Shown here: one piece after another, positions 20,776 to 31,497 of the stretch | Layout of the letters: each line of letters begins with the position of its first letter | Numbering within the stretch: position 1 is the stretch's first letter | Source: Desulfomicrobium sp. | Lineage (GTDB): Bacteria > Desulfobacterota > Desulfovibrionia > Desulfovibrionales > Desulfomicrobiaceae | Direction: 5' to 3' | NCBI GenBank assembly: GCA_040768745.1 | Contig: JAXGMI010000002.1 | Location: 128,001 to 192,000 of the forward strand | Length of the DNA: 64,000 nt | The notes under the pieces: generated by a model | Database searches by the model: none | The model's input: only the letters and a program-made list of their open reading frames with translations | Told to the model about the DNA's origin: nothing | Program-made: the position numbers and the translations under genes

Positions 20776-22472
20776 CGGCGGAATCCCAGCTTGTTGATCT
20801 TGATTTTCACGGCTTCGGCATTTTCTCCCTGGAGCTCCAGTGCCTTGGTGTACCCCTTGTGGGCTTCTCCGTTGAAGCCAAGGGCACGGGCGATGTCCCC
20901 GTAGTGTTCCCAGATAATCGGGTCATTGTCGACAAAGTTCACGGCCTGCTTGATCTCCTGCCAGGCGAGACGCGTGCGGCCTTGCTTGAGATAGACCCAG
21001 GCCAGGGAATCGATGAAATACCCGTTGTCGGGTTTGGTTTTCAGGGCGTTTTTGACCAGGATTTCGGCACGTTCCAGGTCACGGCCCAGCTCCGCCAGCG
21101 TATAGCCCAGGTAGTTGAGGGCTTCGGCGTGCTCGGGATTCTGGGCGATGACTTTTTCCATGATGACCATGGCCTGGTCCTGGTCTTTCATGCGATCATA
21201 GAGCAGACCCAAACGGTAGAGGATGGTCATGTTCTGGGGCCACTCCGCATTGGCTTTGAGCAGGAGGTCCAGACTGGCCTGATGGTTCCCTTCCCGTTCG
21301 TAAATCTCGGCCAGAACTATCCGGAATTCCGGCTGCCGGGGAAACATGGTCGTGGCCGAAAGACACAACTGTTTCGCCTCGTCCTTCTGTCCTCCCTGAT
21401 AGAGGAGATGGATGCGGAAGACCAGACTGCGTTCATGGTGGGGATGACCTGCGGGGATTGACCCCAGGTAGTTGAGTGCCTTGTCGGGTTCGTTTCGACC
21501 CTCGTATTCCAGAATGGCCAGGTAATAGAGTGCGTTCAGAGGTACGGGATTCTCCTGGGCCAGCGGGTCGAGCAGTTGAGCTGCATGATCGTAAAATCCC
21601 TGAGTGAGGAAAAGGTTGGCGGCTTCCAGGGTCAACGCCTCGTCTTCCTGATACTCCAGCAAATGCGAAAGGGCCTTGTCCGGATTGTTGAGCTTCAAAT
21701 TGAGGTCCACCAGGCGAAAGATGATCTGTTGGCTCTCAACTCCCGAATCGACAAGCTGGGCAAAAATCCGCTCGGCATCAATGTAGTTTTTCTGTGCTTC
21801 GTAGGTCAGACCCAGTTCCACCCAGGCGTCGAAATATTCAGGTTCAGCGGCGACGACCTGTTGGAACGAGATGATGGCCTTGTCGGTGAGACCCAGGCCA
21901 AAAAAGGCCTTGCCCATGAGGAATGTCGTGGTGGTCGTGGCTTTGTCTTTGGGAATGGCCGCAAGTCTGTCAACGGCATCGCCGAACTGTCGCTGTTCCA
22001 TGCGGTATATGGCGGTTTCGTGGACAAGATCGATCTCGTCCGGATGGGCTTTGCGGTAGTCGTCCAGGGTCAGCACGGCGTCGTCGAATCGTCCCTGGGC
22101 CGCATAGGTCTTGGCCAAGGTACTCAGCAAAAGTCGTGATTCAGGATACTTGTCAAGCCCCTGTTTGAGAACGACCAGGGCATCCGAAAAGCGTGAGGCC
22201 CGCCAATACAGATTGCCCAGCTCAAGATACAGTTCAGGTGTGGGTGCAAGGGCAATGGCCCGTTCCATGGCCTGCGCAGCCTCATCGGTTTTGTGCTGTT
22301 GCAAGTATTCCCGGTAGGCGAGATAGGCGTAAATGGCCTGGGCTTCAGCAGACTCTGCCGGCCTGGAGGGCTCATTGGGCGTGGGCTGGGGAGGAGGAGC
22401 CGAAGCTGCACAGGACAGGCTCAGCATCACAACGCCAACGAGTACAGTACGGAGCATGCGCGTCAACATCAT
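20772..22472 (-). CDS. Tetratricopeptide-repeat lipoprotein
   Basis: Lipobox LSLSC; multiple TPRs; C-terminal ALNYLGYTLAE...YFIDSLAWVY...EHYGD. Confidence 0.88.
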   Translation of the reverse strand: MMLTRMLRTVLVGVVMLSLSCAASAPPPQPTPNEPSRPAESAEAQAIYAYLAYREYLQQHKTDEAAQAMERAIALAPTPELYLELGNLYWRASRFSDALVVLKQGLDKYPESRLLLSTLAKTYAAQGRFDDAVLTLDDYRKAHPDEIDLVHETAIYRMEQRQFGDAVDRLAAIPKDKATTTTTFLMGKAFFGLGLTDKAIISFQQVVAAEPEYFDAWVELGLTYEAQKNYIDAERIFAQLVDSGVESQQIIFRLVDLNLKLNNPDKALSHLLEYQEDEALTLEAANLFLTQGFYDHAAQLLDPLAQENPVPLNALYYLAILEYEGRNEPDKALNYLGSIPAGHPHHERSLVFRIHLLYQGGQKDEAKQLCLSATTMFPRQPEFRIVLAEIYEREGNHQASLDLLLKANAEWPQNMTILYRLGLLYDRMKDQDQAMVIMEKVIAQNPEHAEALNYLGYTLAELGRDLERAEILVKNALKTKPDNGYFIDSLAWVYLKQGRTRLAWQEIKQAVNFVDNDPIIWEHYGDIARALGFNGEAHKGYTKALELQGENAEAVKIKINKLGFRR

Positions 22473-23242
22473 AGGATTTTGTTTCCCGAACAGTCATTCT
22501 GCGCGCAATATGACTGAATTTTTTGGTAGATCTTTTTACCAATCGTCAGGCCAATATCAATGAATTCAGGACCATAAATTTTACCTGCAGCAGTGCGGAA
22601 GGTGTTCTGCACCGACGCGATGACTTCAAGTCCCGCTGGAAATCTGTCCAAAATCTGTTGCAGGGTCCAGTCGTGGTAGTTGCAGATTTCCCAAAGGGTG
22701 GTGACGAAATTGTCCGGCCCCCACCGAAACTTGTCGGCATCATAGAGGGAATCGGCCAAAATCTGTGTTGCTGCATGCTCAAAGCGGACATGCTTTGAAA
22801 AAGCTTCGTGACAGCGGATGGCATCGGCTATCATTGCCTTTTCCTCGTCATGCAATGGGTAGTCCTGCAGGATGAGCAGGGACAACTCCGCTCCGCGGGA
22901 GGCGTGCTCGCCCTCAAGGCGACAGGTGTCGTGCAGCAATCCGGAAAGCATGGCCAGCAGGCTCAGCCGTCTGGCCCTTTCAAACTCCAGATGTTTGGCC
23001 TCGCTGAGGACCAGAGCGCAGGCCTCAACGGCCACCTTTTTGGCGTGTTCGATGCCATGTCCGAAATCGTCGTTCAAAAAAGGGAGCACATCCTCCCGGC
23101 ATCGATGGACCAAGGGATGTGAGAAAAAGGAGTCCCGGGCAAAGGCCAGTTCAGCGTCCATGACGGCGTAGAAGCTGGGTACTGCTCCAGGCAGGATCGT
23201 GGCACTCTCCTGCTTGAAGCGTCGTAGAATGCTAGCCTTCAT
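22469..23242 (-). CDS. HD-domain phosphohydrolase
   Basis: HGIEHAKKVA, LLHD, H...DADK. Confidence 0.8.
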   Translation of the reverse strand: MKASILRRFKQESATILPGAVPSFYAVMDAELAFARDSFFSHPLVHRCREDVLPFLNDDFGHGIEHAKKVAVEACALVLSEAKHLEFERARRLSLLAMLSGLLHDTCRLEGEHASRGAELSLLILQDYPLHDEEKAMIADAIRCHEAFSKHVRFEHAATQILADSLYDADKFRWGPDNFVTTLWEICNYHDWTLQQILDRFPAGLEVIASVQNTFRTAAGKIYGPEFIDIGLTIGKKIYQKIQSYCAQNDCSGNKIL

Positions 23243-24233
23243 GCTCTATCCATTCCTCGGAAAAATCTTGGATGGCGCTGGACATCTGGTTTTTGATTTT
23301 TTGCAGGAGCCGGGCTTCGATCTGGCGCACCCGTTCCCTGGTGATGCCGTATTTGTCGCCAATTTCCCGCAGCGTGATGGGCGTGTCCGCCAGAAGCCTC
23401 TGCTCCAGGATATCGAGCTCCTTTTCGTTCAAGCCTGCCCGGATGGCATCAATGTTGTCGTGGATGAGCAGGCTCATCTCATCGGCCGCCATGCGCTCTT
23501 CAATACCGGATTCAAGGGCTGGAATAAAATCCAAGGGTGTGAAGCTCGAATCGTCATTGATCTGCATGTCCAGGGAAACGTCGTGCTGGCCCAAGCGCTG
23601 GCCCATCTCCACGATATCGTTTTCCGAAACCTGGAGGTTTTTGGACAGGGTGGATGTGTCGGCGTCGTACCCCTGGGCCTGCAGACGCTGGCGCTCTTTG
23701 CCCAGGTTGTAAAACAATTTCCGCTGGGCCTGGGTAGTGCCGATCTTGACCATTCTCCAGTTGTCCATGATGAATTTGAGAATGTAGGCCTTGATCCAGA
23801 AGGATGCATAATAGGAAAATTTGATGCCCTTGTCCGGATCAAATTTCTGTACGGCCTTCATGAGCCCCACATTGCCTTCCTGAATCAGGTCCAGGACATT
23901 CTTCATCCATCTGCGCTGGAAATCCATCGCTATCTTGACAACCAGGCGCAGATTGGACGTGATGAGAACAAAAGCGGCCTCTTCCTCCTTGTCATCCCGG
24001 TAACGCCGAGCCAGATCGAATTCCTCGTCTGGCTCAAGGGAGCGAAAACGCTTGATTTCCTGAAGATAAATATGGAGCGGATCAAGCGTGCCGACTTCGC
24101 GCCGGGCCGGGGTGGAGAGAACTAGCGGGGCAATATCCATCGGTTCATTGTCAGACTCGTCTTCTGCAGGCCGGGTGGTGTCCACATCTTCTCTGTCCAG
24201 GGTATCGTCGTCGGGTGACTGGTTGAAACTCAT
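23232..24233 (-). CDS. rpoH: RNA polymerase sigma-32 family factor
   Basis: DLIQEGNVGLMKAV, RpoH box TTQAQRKLFYNL, TRERVRQIE. Start is uncertain. Confidence 0.88.
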   Translation of the reverse strand: MSFNQSPDDDTLDREDVDTTRPAEDESDNEPMDIAPLVLSTPARREVGTLDPLHIYLQEIKRFRSLEPDEEFDLARRYRDDKEEEAAFVLITSNLRLVVKIAMDFQRRWMKNVLDLIQEGNVGLMKAVQKFDPDKGIKFSYYASFWIKAYILKFIMDNWRMVKIGTTQAQRKLFYNLGKERQRLQAQGYDADTSTLSKNLQVSENDIVEMGQRLGQHDVSLDMQINDDSSFTPLDFIPALESGIEERMAADEMSLLIHDNIDAIRAGLNEKELDILEQRLLADTPITLREIGDKYGITRERVRQIEARLLQKIKNQMSSAIQDFSEEWIEHEG

Positions 24234-24438
24234 TATGGTGTGTACTCTGCAGCAGTCCAGCATGTCACGTACATGCGGGGGAAGTGGTGACAATGGTGCT
24301 GCTGCGCTTGAGGTGGAGCAGGGTCATTCCGTTATTCTGAAGATTTCCTTCATAGAGTTTTTGTTTGTTTTTTTCAATGATTTTAAGTAGGATATTTTGT
24401 TAAACCGATGAGGGTGAGAGAACAAGCAAGGGGTCGAG

Positions 24439-26856
24439 ATGCGTGATTTTCGGCGTACGCTCAGGGACGCGACAATACTGATTTTTGACGGGGGAATGGG
24501 CAGCCTGCTTCAGCGCCGGGGATTGAAACCCGGTCAGTCTCCAGAGCAATTCGGCATGACACATCCCGAAGTCGTGGCGACCATTCATAAAGAATATATT
24601 CAGGCCGGAGCCCGGGTGATTACGACCAATACATTCGGCGCCACCAGCTACAAGCTGCCGCGGGATCTGGGTGTGTTCGAGACCAACGAAACCATGGCCC
24701 GCATCGCGCGCCAAGCCGCCGGGGGCAATGCGCTCGTAGCCGGGAGTGTCGGTCCCACCGGCAGGATGGTCGCCCCCCTGGGCGATGTTTCATTCCGGGA
24801 ATTGGTCGACGTCTTCAAGGAACAGATCAAGGGTCTGCTCAGCGGCGGGGTGGATCTGATCCTGGGTGAGACGCATTACGACTTGGCTGAAGCCCGGGCT
24901 GTGGTTGTGGCTGCCCGGGAGGTCTGCGACCTGCCAGTGGGCATCAGCATGACCTTTGAGGGGGGGCTCAGCCTGACCGGGACCACGCCCGAGGTCTTTG
25001 CATTGACCATGGGCAACATGGGCATCGATCTGCTTGCATCCAACTGCAGTGCCGGTCCTGAGGAGCTCGTTCTGGTGGCCCGGGCCATGCTGCGTGTGAC
25101 AGACATCCCGGTCTTGATCGAACCCAACGCCGGCTTGCCTGAACTGGTGGATGGAGCCACTGTCTTCCGCCTTCCTCCGGACCCGTTCGCCTCGGCAGTG
25201 GCGGTTCTGGCTGCCGAGGGTGTGTCCTGCCTGGGGGGATGCTGCGGGACCACGCCGGACCATATCCGCGCCCTGGCCGCCACATGCTCGGGAAAGTCTG
25301 TGTACCGTCGCGAAGCTCCGGGCAAACCCTGTCCGGTGGTCACATCCCGGACCATGTCAGTCGAAGTTGGCTTTGACAGTCCCTGCCGTCTCATCGGCGA
25401 ACGGATCAATCCCACGGGTAAACCGGCGTTGACCGAAGAGCTACAGCGTTTCGAAACGCGCAGAATCATCAGTCTGGCCGAGGAGCAGGTTGTTCAGGGC
25501 GCAGATCTGCTGGATGTCAATGTCGGCGCACCCATGGTGGATGAGGCGCGCATGCTGCCGTTGGCCGTCACGGCCTTGACCCGCGCATTGTCCACACCGC
25601 TCTGCCTCGATTCGAGCAGTGTCGAGGCCATTCGCGCGGGACTGGAGGCCTATCCAGGATCGGCCCTGGTCAATTCCATCAGCGGAGAGGCAGAGCGCAT
25701 GGACCTTCTGGGCGCTTTGTGTCGTGATTATGGGGCCCCGTTCATCCTGCTGCCCATCAAGGGGCGGAACCTTCCGGTCACTGCGCCGGAGCGCCTGGCC
25801 ATCATCGAGGAACTGCTGATCAAGGCGGAGAGCCTGCGGATTCCCCGGCGTCTCATTCTGGTCGACGCCCTGGCTCTGACCGTTTCCTCCAAGCCCGAGG
25901 CTGCCAGAGCCTGCCTGGAGGTCATCCGTCATTGCCGTGATAAATGGGGTCTTGCGTCGACTGTAGGTCTGTCCAATATTTCCTTTGGACTTCCCGCGCG
26001 CGATTTGGTCAATTCGACCTTTCTGGCCATGGCCATGGGCGCAGGAATAACCACGTTCATCGCCAACCCCAACGCCGGGCGCATCCAGGAGAGCCTTGCC
26101 GCAGCCGAGGTGCTTCTGGGGCGCGACCGCCAGGCAGCGCATTTCATCTCAGTCTATGCCGGATGGACTCCGGACGCCGGCCCGGATTTGCCAGCAGTTC
26201 AAAAATGTGATGAAGAAGGCGGCCCCGTGGCCGTGGCTGTCATTAAGGGACACAAGGACCGCATCGCAGAGCTGTTGCGCGAGCGCCTGGATGCCGGAGT
26301 TGACCCGTTCACGCTGGTTGACACGGAGATGATTCCGGCCATTGCCAAGGTAGGCGAAAAATACGAAAAGCGGGAATATTTTTTGCCGCAGCTGCTTCTT
26401 TGCGCCGAAACCATGCAGGTCGGCTTCGACTCCATCAAGCATCTTCTCCAGCGCGATGGAGCCCATGCCAGGGACACCATTATCATGGCCACGGTGGAAG
26501 GGGATATCCACGATATCGGCAAGAACATTGTCTGCCTCATGCTCAAAAACTTCGGGTATACCGTGGTGGACTTGGGCAAGGACGTACGGGCCGCGGACAT
26601 CGTCGACGCAGCCGTCAGGCATAAGGCCTCGGTCATTGGCCTGTCCGCCCTGATGACCACGACCATGGTGCACATGGAAGACACGGTGCGCCTTGTCCGG
26701 GAGCAAGGGCTGGACTGTCGGATCATGGTCGGTGGGGCCGTGGTCAGTCAGGCCTATGCGGATCTCATCGGAGCCCACGGTTATGCGGACGATGCCGTGG
26801 CCGCAGTACGCGTGGCCACGAAACTCTGCTCCGAAGTCGCCGGACATCGTTCCTGA
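24439..26856 (+). CDS. metH: Cobalamin-dependent methionine synthase (Hcy, pterin, cap and B12 domains; no reactivation domain)
   Basis: DGGMG, GGCCGTTPDHI, IGERINPTGK, GLSNISFG, GDIHDIGKN, SALMTTT. Confidence 0.9.
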   Translation: MRDFRRTLRDATILIFDGGMGSLLQRRGLKPGQSPEQFGMTHPEVVATIHKEYIQAGARVITTNTFGATSYKLPRDLGVFETNETMARIARQAAGGNALVAGSVGPTGRMVAPLGDVSFRELVDVFKEQIKGLLSGGVDLILGETHYDLAEARAVVVAAREVCDLPVGISMTFEGGLSLTGTTPEVFALTMGNMGIDLLASNCSAGPEELVLVARAMLRVTDIPVLIEPNAGLPELVDGATVFRLPPDPFASAVAVLAAEGVSCLGGCCGTTPDHIRALAATCSGKSVYRREAPGKPCPVVTSRTMSVEVGFDSPCRLIGERINPTGKPALTEELQRFETRRIISLAEEQVVQGADLLDVNVGAPMVDEARMLPLAVTALTRALSTPLCLDSSSVEAIRAGLEAYPGSALVNSISGEAERMDLLGALCRDYGAPFILLPIKGRNLPVTAPERLAIIEELLIKAESLRIPRRLILVDALALTVSSKPEAARACLEVIRHCRDKWGLASTVGLSNISFGLPARDLVNSTFLAMAMGAGITTFIANPNAGRIQESLAAAEVLLGRDRQAAHFISVYAGWTPDAGPDLPAVQKCDEEGGPVAVAVIKGHKDRIAELLRERLDAGVDPFTLVDTEMIPAIAKVGEKYEKREYFLPQLLLCAETMQVGFDSIKHLLQRDGAHARDTIIMATVEGDIHDIGKNIVCLMLKNFGYTVVDLGKDVRAADIVDAAVRHKASVIGLSALMTTTMVHMEDTVRLVREQGLDCRIMVGGAVVSQAYADLIGAHGYADDAVAAVRVATKLCSEVAGHRS

Positions 26857-26889
26857 GCGCGAACCAAACCACATTACCCGGGGACTTTC

Positions 26890-27357
26890 ATGGCTCATTT
26901 CGAACTCAGAAAGGCGACTATCGCCGACGTCAAACCCATCCACAAACTCCTGATGGACTGCGCTTCCAAACGTCTGCTTCTACCCAGATCCTTCAATGAC
27001 CTCTATTCCCATCTGCGTGACTTCATCGTGGCGGTTGACCGTGACACGGGAGTGGTGGCCGGTTGCTGCGCCCTGACCATCACCTGGGAGGCCCTGGCCG
27101 AGGTCCGCTCCCTGGTGGTGGACGAAAGCTTCCAGGGTCAAGGGCTTGGACGGCGGCTGGTGGAGTTCTGCGTCAGTGATGCCCTGACCTTCGGCATTTA
27201 CAAGGTTTTCACCTTGACATATCAGGTCCCCTTTTTCCAGAAACTTGGCTTTGTCGAAGTCAGCAAGGATGTCTTGCCGCAAAAGGTCTGGGCTGACTGC
27301 CTCAAGTGTCCCCAGTTTCCGGAATGCGACGAGGTCGCCATGATGATTGAACTTTAG
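26890..27357 (+). CDS. argA: Short GNAT N-acetyltransferase (N-acetylglutamate synthase-like)
   Basis: LLPRS, LAEVRSL, QGQGLG, LPQKVWADCLKCP. Confidence 0.8.
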   Translation: MAHFELRKATIADVKPIHKLLMDCASKRLLLPRSFNDLYSHLRDFIVAVDRDTGVVAGCCALTITWEALAEVRSLVVDESFQGQGLGRRLVEFCVSDALTFGIYKVFTLTYQVPFFQKLGFVEVSKDVLPQKVWADCLKCPQFPECDEVAMMIEL

Positions 27358-27381
27358 GTTCATGACACGAGAGGAGAGCAC

Positions 27382-27906
27382 GTGAAATTCATCAAGCTTT
27401 TTGACCGCACCCAGATCGAGGCCCGCACCCGGGAGCTTGGGCGTCAAATCTCCGAACACTATGGAGATGAACCACTGGTCTGCGTCTGCGTGCTGAAAGG
27501 GGCCTATGCGTTTTTTGCGGACCTGATGCGCAATTTGACCATTCATCCCTTCATCGATTTTGTCCGCCTGTCCAGCTATGCCGACAAGACTTCCCGCCAA
27601 TCCAAGACGGTCTTTTCCAAGGATATGGAGATCGACATCAAGGACAAGCACGTCCTCGTGGTGGAAGATATCGTCGACACGGGACACTCTATGCAGTATT
27701 TGGTCAACGTCCTGAAAATCCGTGGTCCCAGGTCCATCAGAATCGCAGCCATGATCGACAAGGCAGAGCGGCGCGAAGTGGATATTGCCGTGGATTTCGT
27801 CGGTTTTCCTCTGGATAAAGGCTATATCGTCGGCTATGGGCTTGACTACGCCGAACAGTACAGGGAACTGGACAGCATCTACGATCTGCAGTTTTCCAAG
27901 GCGTGA
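27382..27906 (+). CDS. hpt: Hypoxanthine phosphoribosyltransferase
   Basis: VLKGA, VLVVEDIVDTG PRPP motif, VGYGLDYAEQYR. Confidence 0.93.
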   Translation: MKFIKLFDRTQIEARTRELGRQISEHYGDEPLVCVCVLKGAYAFFADLMRNLTIHPFIDFVRLSSYADKTSRQSKTVFSKDMEIDIKDKHVLVVEDIVDTGHSMQYLVNVLKIRGPRSIRIAAMIDKAERREVDIAVDFVGFPLDKGYIVGYGLDYAEQYRELDSIYDLQFSKA

Positions 27907-27948
27907 CCTAACCTTCTCGATCAAGTTCCCATTCTATAAGGAAAAACT

Positions 27949-28845
27949 ATGCGTGTTCAATGCCCTGAGTGCAACACCAAGTATAATCTGGATGAACAAA
28001 GGCTCGGCCCTGGCGGCAGCAAAGTGCGATGCACACGGTGTCAGCATGTGTTCATGGCCTTCAAGCCCGGCATGCCCGTGGATGAACCCAAGGCTGCGTC
28101 GCAGTCCACAAAATCCACAATCAGCGATTCCTTCGAAGACGAATTGGCTGCCATGTTTGAGCACAAAAAGCCGGCCCCTGCAGCCAAGGCGCCGGTGGAC
28201 GAAAAAATGCTCGCCGACCTGCAAGGTGCTTTCCAGCAGCCGCTCATTGAATCCACCGGCAAACACGATGGGCTTGATGAGGACCAGCAGCCCCAAAAAA
28301 ACAAATCTGGCAAAGTATGGTCTGTCCTTTTTGTTCTCCTTGCGCTGCTGCTTGCAGCTGGAGCGGGAATCTATTTTCTGAAACCGTCCCTCATCGGTCT
28401 GCCCACTCCTGACCCGACAGCTCCGGTCCAGCCAGAGGCCCCCACAAAGGAGGGCGTGGCCCAGATTGCCCTGGAAAACGTGCGTCAGTATTTTGTGCCC
28501 AATGACAAGGAAGGCCAGCTTTTCATCATCGAAGGCAAGGCCGTGAACCGTTTTGCCGAGCCCAGAGAGCTGATTCGTCTCAAGGCCTCGCTTTTTGACA
28601 AGCAGGGTGTGGAGGTTGCCGCGCAGGAATTTATGTGCGGGAATGTTGTTTCCCTGTACCAGCTCCAGGTCTCAACCCGGCAGGACATTGAGGCCGCCCT
28701 TGCGGCCAAGGTCGGCATCTTGACCAACAACACCAATGTCCAGCCCGGATCTTCAGTCCCGTTTATGGTTGTATTTTTCAAGGCCCCTGATTCAGTCGAA
28801 GAATTCGGGTTGGAGGTGATCCAATCAAGTTCTCCGCAAAAATAG
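27949..28845 (+). CDS. MJ0042-type zinc-ribbon / DUF3426-like membrane protein
   Basis: CPEC...VRCTRC, acidic linker, one TM helix, C-terminal PFMVVF. Confidence 0.8.
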   Translation: MRVQCPECNTKYNLDEQRLGPGGSKVRCTRCQHVFMAFKPGMPVDEPKAASQSTKSTISDSFEDELAAMFEHKKPAPAAKAPVDEKMLADLQGAFQQPLIESTGKHDGLDEDQQPQKNKSGKVWSVLFVLLALLLAAGAGIYFLKPSLIGLPTPDPTAPVQPEAPTKEGVAQIALENVRQYFVPNDKEGQLFIIEGKAVNRFAEPRELIRLKASLFDKQGVEVAAQEFMCGNVVSLYQLQVSTRQDIEAALAAKVGILTNNTNVQPGSSVPFMVVFFKAPDSVEEFGLEVIQSSSPQK

Positions 28846-28879
28846 GCATGTGGCAGGCTCCAGCCTGCCATTCTTTTTT

Positions 28880-30232
28880 ATGAAGCAAAAAACCGTGTAC
28901 GTCTGCTCTGCCTGCAGCGCGGTGACCCCACGCTGGCAGGGGCAGTGCGCCAAATGCCAGTCCTGGAACACCCTGCAAGCCGTGGCGCAGAATGTGGCGC
29001 CTTTGCAAGGCCTGACCTCCAACCGACCCGTGGACCTGCGCCATCTTCCCCCCCATCAGGAGACCAGGATCGGCTCCGAGCTTTCAGGCCTTGATGGGAT
29101 TCTGGGAAGTGGTTTTGTTCCTGGTGGTGTCATCCTGCTGGGCGGTGAGCCGGGCATCGGAAAATCCACGCTGCTCTTGCAGGTGACTTCCTCCATGGAG
29201 CAGTCTGGCAAGGCCGTCGTCTATGTGTCAGGAGAGGAGTCTCTCTCCCAGATCCGCAGCCGGGCGGAACGCCTGGGCATGCTTGGCAGCAGTCTGACCG
29301 CCATGGCCACGAATCAGGTTGACGACATTTTGAACTGCATGGAAGACCGGCCGGACCTTCTTGTCGTGGATTCCGTCCAGACCATGGCTTCATCCAAGGC
29401 AGAGGGTCTGCCCGGTTCCGTCAGCCAGGTTCGGGCCGTCTCTACAGCTCTGGTGGAACGTGCCAAACAGACCGGAGTCCCGGTCATCCTTGTGGGTCAC
29501 GTGACCAAGGATGGGCAGATAGCGGGGCCGAAATTGTTGGAACATATGGTGGATACAGTGCTCTATCTGGAGGGAGACAAAGAGCATCTGTTCCGCATCC
29601 TGCGCGTGGTCAAGAACCGCTTCGGGCCATCCAATGAACTCCTCCTTTTTGAGATGAAAGAGAAGGGCATGATGGTCATCGAAGACCCTTCCACTTTTTT
29701 TCTGCAGGCCCGGGATACGGCCCTGTCCGGCACAGCCCTGGTCATGTCCATGGAGTCCCAGCGGCCTTTCGTGGTCGAGGTGCAGGCCCTGGTTACCCGC
29801 ACCTTCCTGGCTTTTCCCCGGCGCACCGCCCTTGGCTTTGACGCCAATCGTCTGCACCTGCTCATCGCGGTGATGGAGAAACGTCTGCAGGTCAATTTCG
29901 GGCAAATGGATGTCTATGCCAAGGTTGGTGGGGGGTTGCGCATGAAGGATCCAGGCCTGGACTTGGGCATCGTGGCGGCCATCCTATCCTCATTGCACGA
30001 CCGTGCGTTGCCCGAAGGGGCGGTTTTCTGGGGGGAGGTGGACCTGAATGGGCAGATCAGGCCGGTCAGCGGGCACGAGGTGAGACTGAGGCAGGCCGCG
30101 AATCTGGGGTACGCGCCGGTGGTCCACCCCAAAAGCGGGGATAAAAAAAGCTCTGGATGGACCCGGATTGCCGATGTCCAGCAGACACTTTTCGGTGCGA
30201 GGGACGGGAAGATGGGGCAGAGGGTGGACTAG
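28880..30232 (+). CDS. radA: DNA repair protein RadA/Sms
   Basis: C4 zinc finger, GGEPGIGKSTLL, KNRFG. Confidence 0.95.
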   Translation: MKQKTVYVCSACSAVTPRWQGQCAKCQSWNTLQAVAQNVAPLQGLTSNRPVDLRHLPPHQETRIGSELSGLDGILGSGFVPGGVILLGGEPGIGKSTLLLQVTSSMEQSGKAVVYVSGEESLSQIRSRAERLGMLGSSLTAMATNQVDDILNCMEDRPDLLVVDSVQTMASSKAEGLPGSVSQVRAVSTALVERAKQTGVPVILVGHVTKDGQIAGPKLLEHMVDTVLYLEGDKEHLFRILRVVKNRFGPSNELLLFEMKEKGMMVIEDPSTFFLQARDTALSGTALVMSMESQRPFVVEVQALVTRTFLAFPRRTALGFDANRLHLLIAVMEKRLQVNFGQMDVYAKVGGGLRMKDPGLDLGIVAAILSSLHDRALPEGAVFWGEVDLNGQIRPVSGHEVRLRQAANLGYAPVVHPKSGDKKSSGWTRIADVQQTLFGARDGKMGQRVD

Positions 30233-31497
30233 TCGGTCCAGTCCTTGCTGTCTTTGCCACGCGGTTTGGCCCGCGTAGCCTTGATCTTGCGCAGCCAGAG
30301 ATTCAGACGCTCTTCATGACCCAGCGCCTTGGCCTGATAGAATATTCTGCCTTTGAGTTCAGGGGGCAGGTAGTCTTGTTCTGTCCAGCCTTCCGGGTAG
30401 GCATGCGGATATTTGTAGCCCTGCCCGTAGCCCCACTCCTTTTGCAGGCTGGTGGAGGCGTTGCGCAGGTGCAGAGGCACGGGCCGGGGGCCGTTGGAGC
30501 GGATCTCCTTTAATGCCGACAGGTAGCCCGCGTATGCAGAATTACTCTTCGGGGCCAGGGCCAGATAGACCGTGGTCTCGGCCATGGGGATCCAGCCTTC
30601 GGGCATACCGATGCGGTCCACAGCCTGTTCGCAGGCCACGGCCAGGGGCATGGCCATGGGGTCGGCCAAGCCCACGTCTTCAGAAGCAGAAAGGATCAGA
30701 CGGCGGCAGATGAAGCGGGGATCCTCGCCTGTTTCCACCAGGCAGGCCAGATAGTAGAGAGCCGCGTCAGGATCTGATCCGCGGATGGATTTGATCAGGG
30801 CCGAGGCCAGTTCATAATGAGAGTCACCTTCCCGGTCTCCCCGCAGCACCAGCTCCGGCAGCCTGCCTTTGAGATGTTCAGGGTCCAGTTCCCTGTCCTC
30901 AAGTCCTGAGGCGAACTCGACCAGGTTGAGCATGGTCCGGGCATCACCCCCCGCCAATGTGGCCAGAAGCTCCAGGCTCTTTTCCGGAAGGTTCCGTTGG
31001 AGCCTCTCCATGCCACGCTTTCCCACGTCGATGAGCTCCATCATGCCCAACGATCTCAGTCGGAGCACGTGCAGCCTGGACAGCAGTTGCCGGGTTACGC
31101 TGAAGGACGGATTTTCCGTGGTCGTGGCGATGAGGGTCAATTCCCCGGTTTCGAGCAGGGGCAGGAAAAAATCCTGCTGCACCTTGGAGTAGCGATGCAG
31201 TTCGTCCAGGATGAGGATCTCCTTTTCCTGGATCTGCTTGCGCAGGGCGGTAATGCCCACGTCCGGAGCGCTGACCCTCACGAAGGATTTGCCGCTGTGC
31301 TTGGCGAGCAGAAGGGCCACCGTGGACTTGCCGCACCCTGGGGGGCCGAAGAGAAGCAGGCTCGGCAGGTCCTTGGATTGCATCAGGGTACGCAGGCGCT
31401 GCCGAAAGTGGCTTTGCCCGATGAAGTCGTCGAGGGATTGGGGCCGCAGGGACTCGGCCAGGGGACGTTTCGGGGACACAGTCCCTTCTTTGCTCAT
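30229..31497 (-). CDS. rarA: Replication-associated recombination protein A (RarA/MgsA)
   Basis: PLAESLRP, GPPGCGKST, ATTENPSF, SALIKSIRGSDPDAA. Confidence 0.93.
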   Translation of the reverse strand: MSKEGTVSPKRPLAESLRPQSLDDFIGQSHFRQRLRTLMQSKDLPSLLLFGPPGCGKSTVALLLAKHSGKSFVRVSAPDVGITALRKQIQEKEILILDELHRYSKVQQDFFLPLLETGELTLIATTTENPSFSVTRQLLSRLHVLRLRSLGMMELIDVGKRGMERLQRNLPEKSLELLATLAGGDARTMLNLVEFASGLEDRELDPEHLKGRLPELVLRGDREGDSHYELASALIKSIRGSDPDAALYYLACLVETGEDPRFICRRLILSASEDVGLADPMAMPLAVACEQAVDRIGMPEGWIPMAETTVYLALAPKSNSAYAGYLSALKEIRSNGPRPVPLHLRNASTSLQKEWGYGQGYKYPHAYPEGWTEQDYLPPELKGRIFYQAKALGHEERLNLWLRKIKATRAKPRGKDSKDWTD

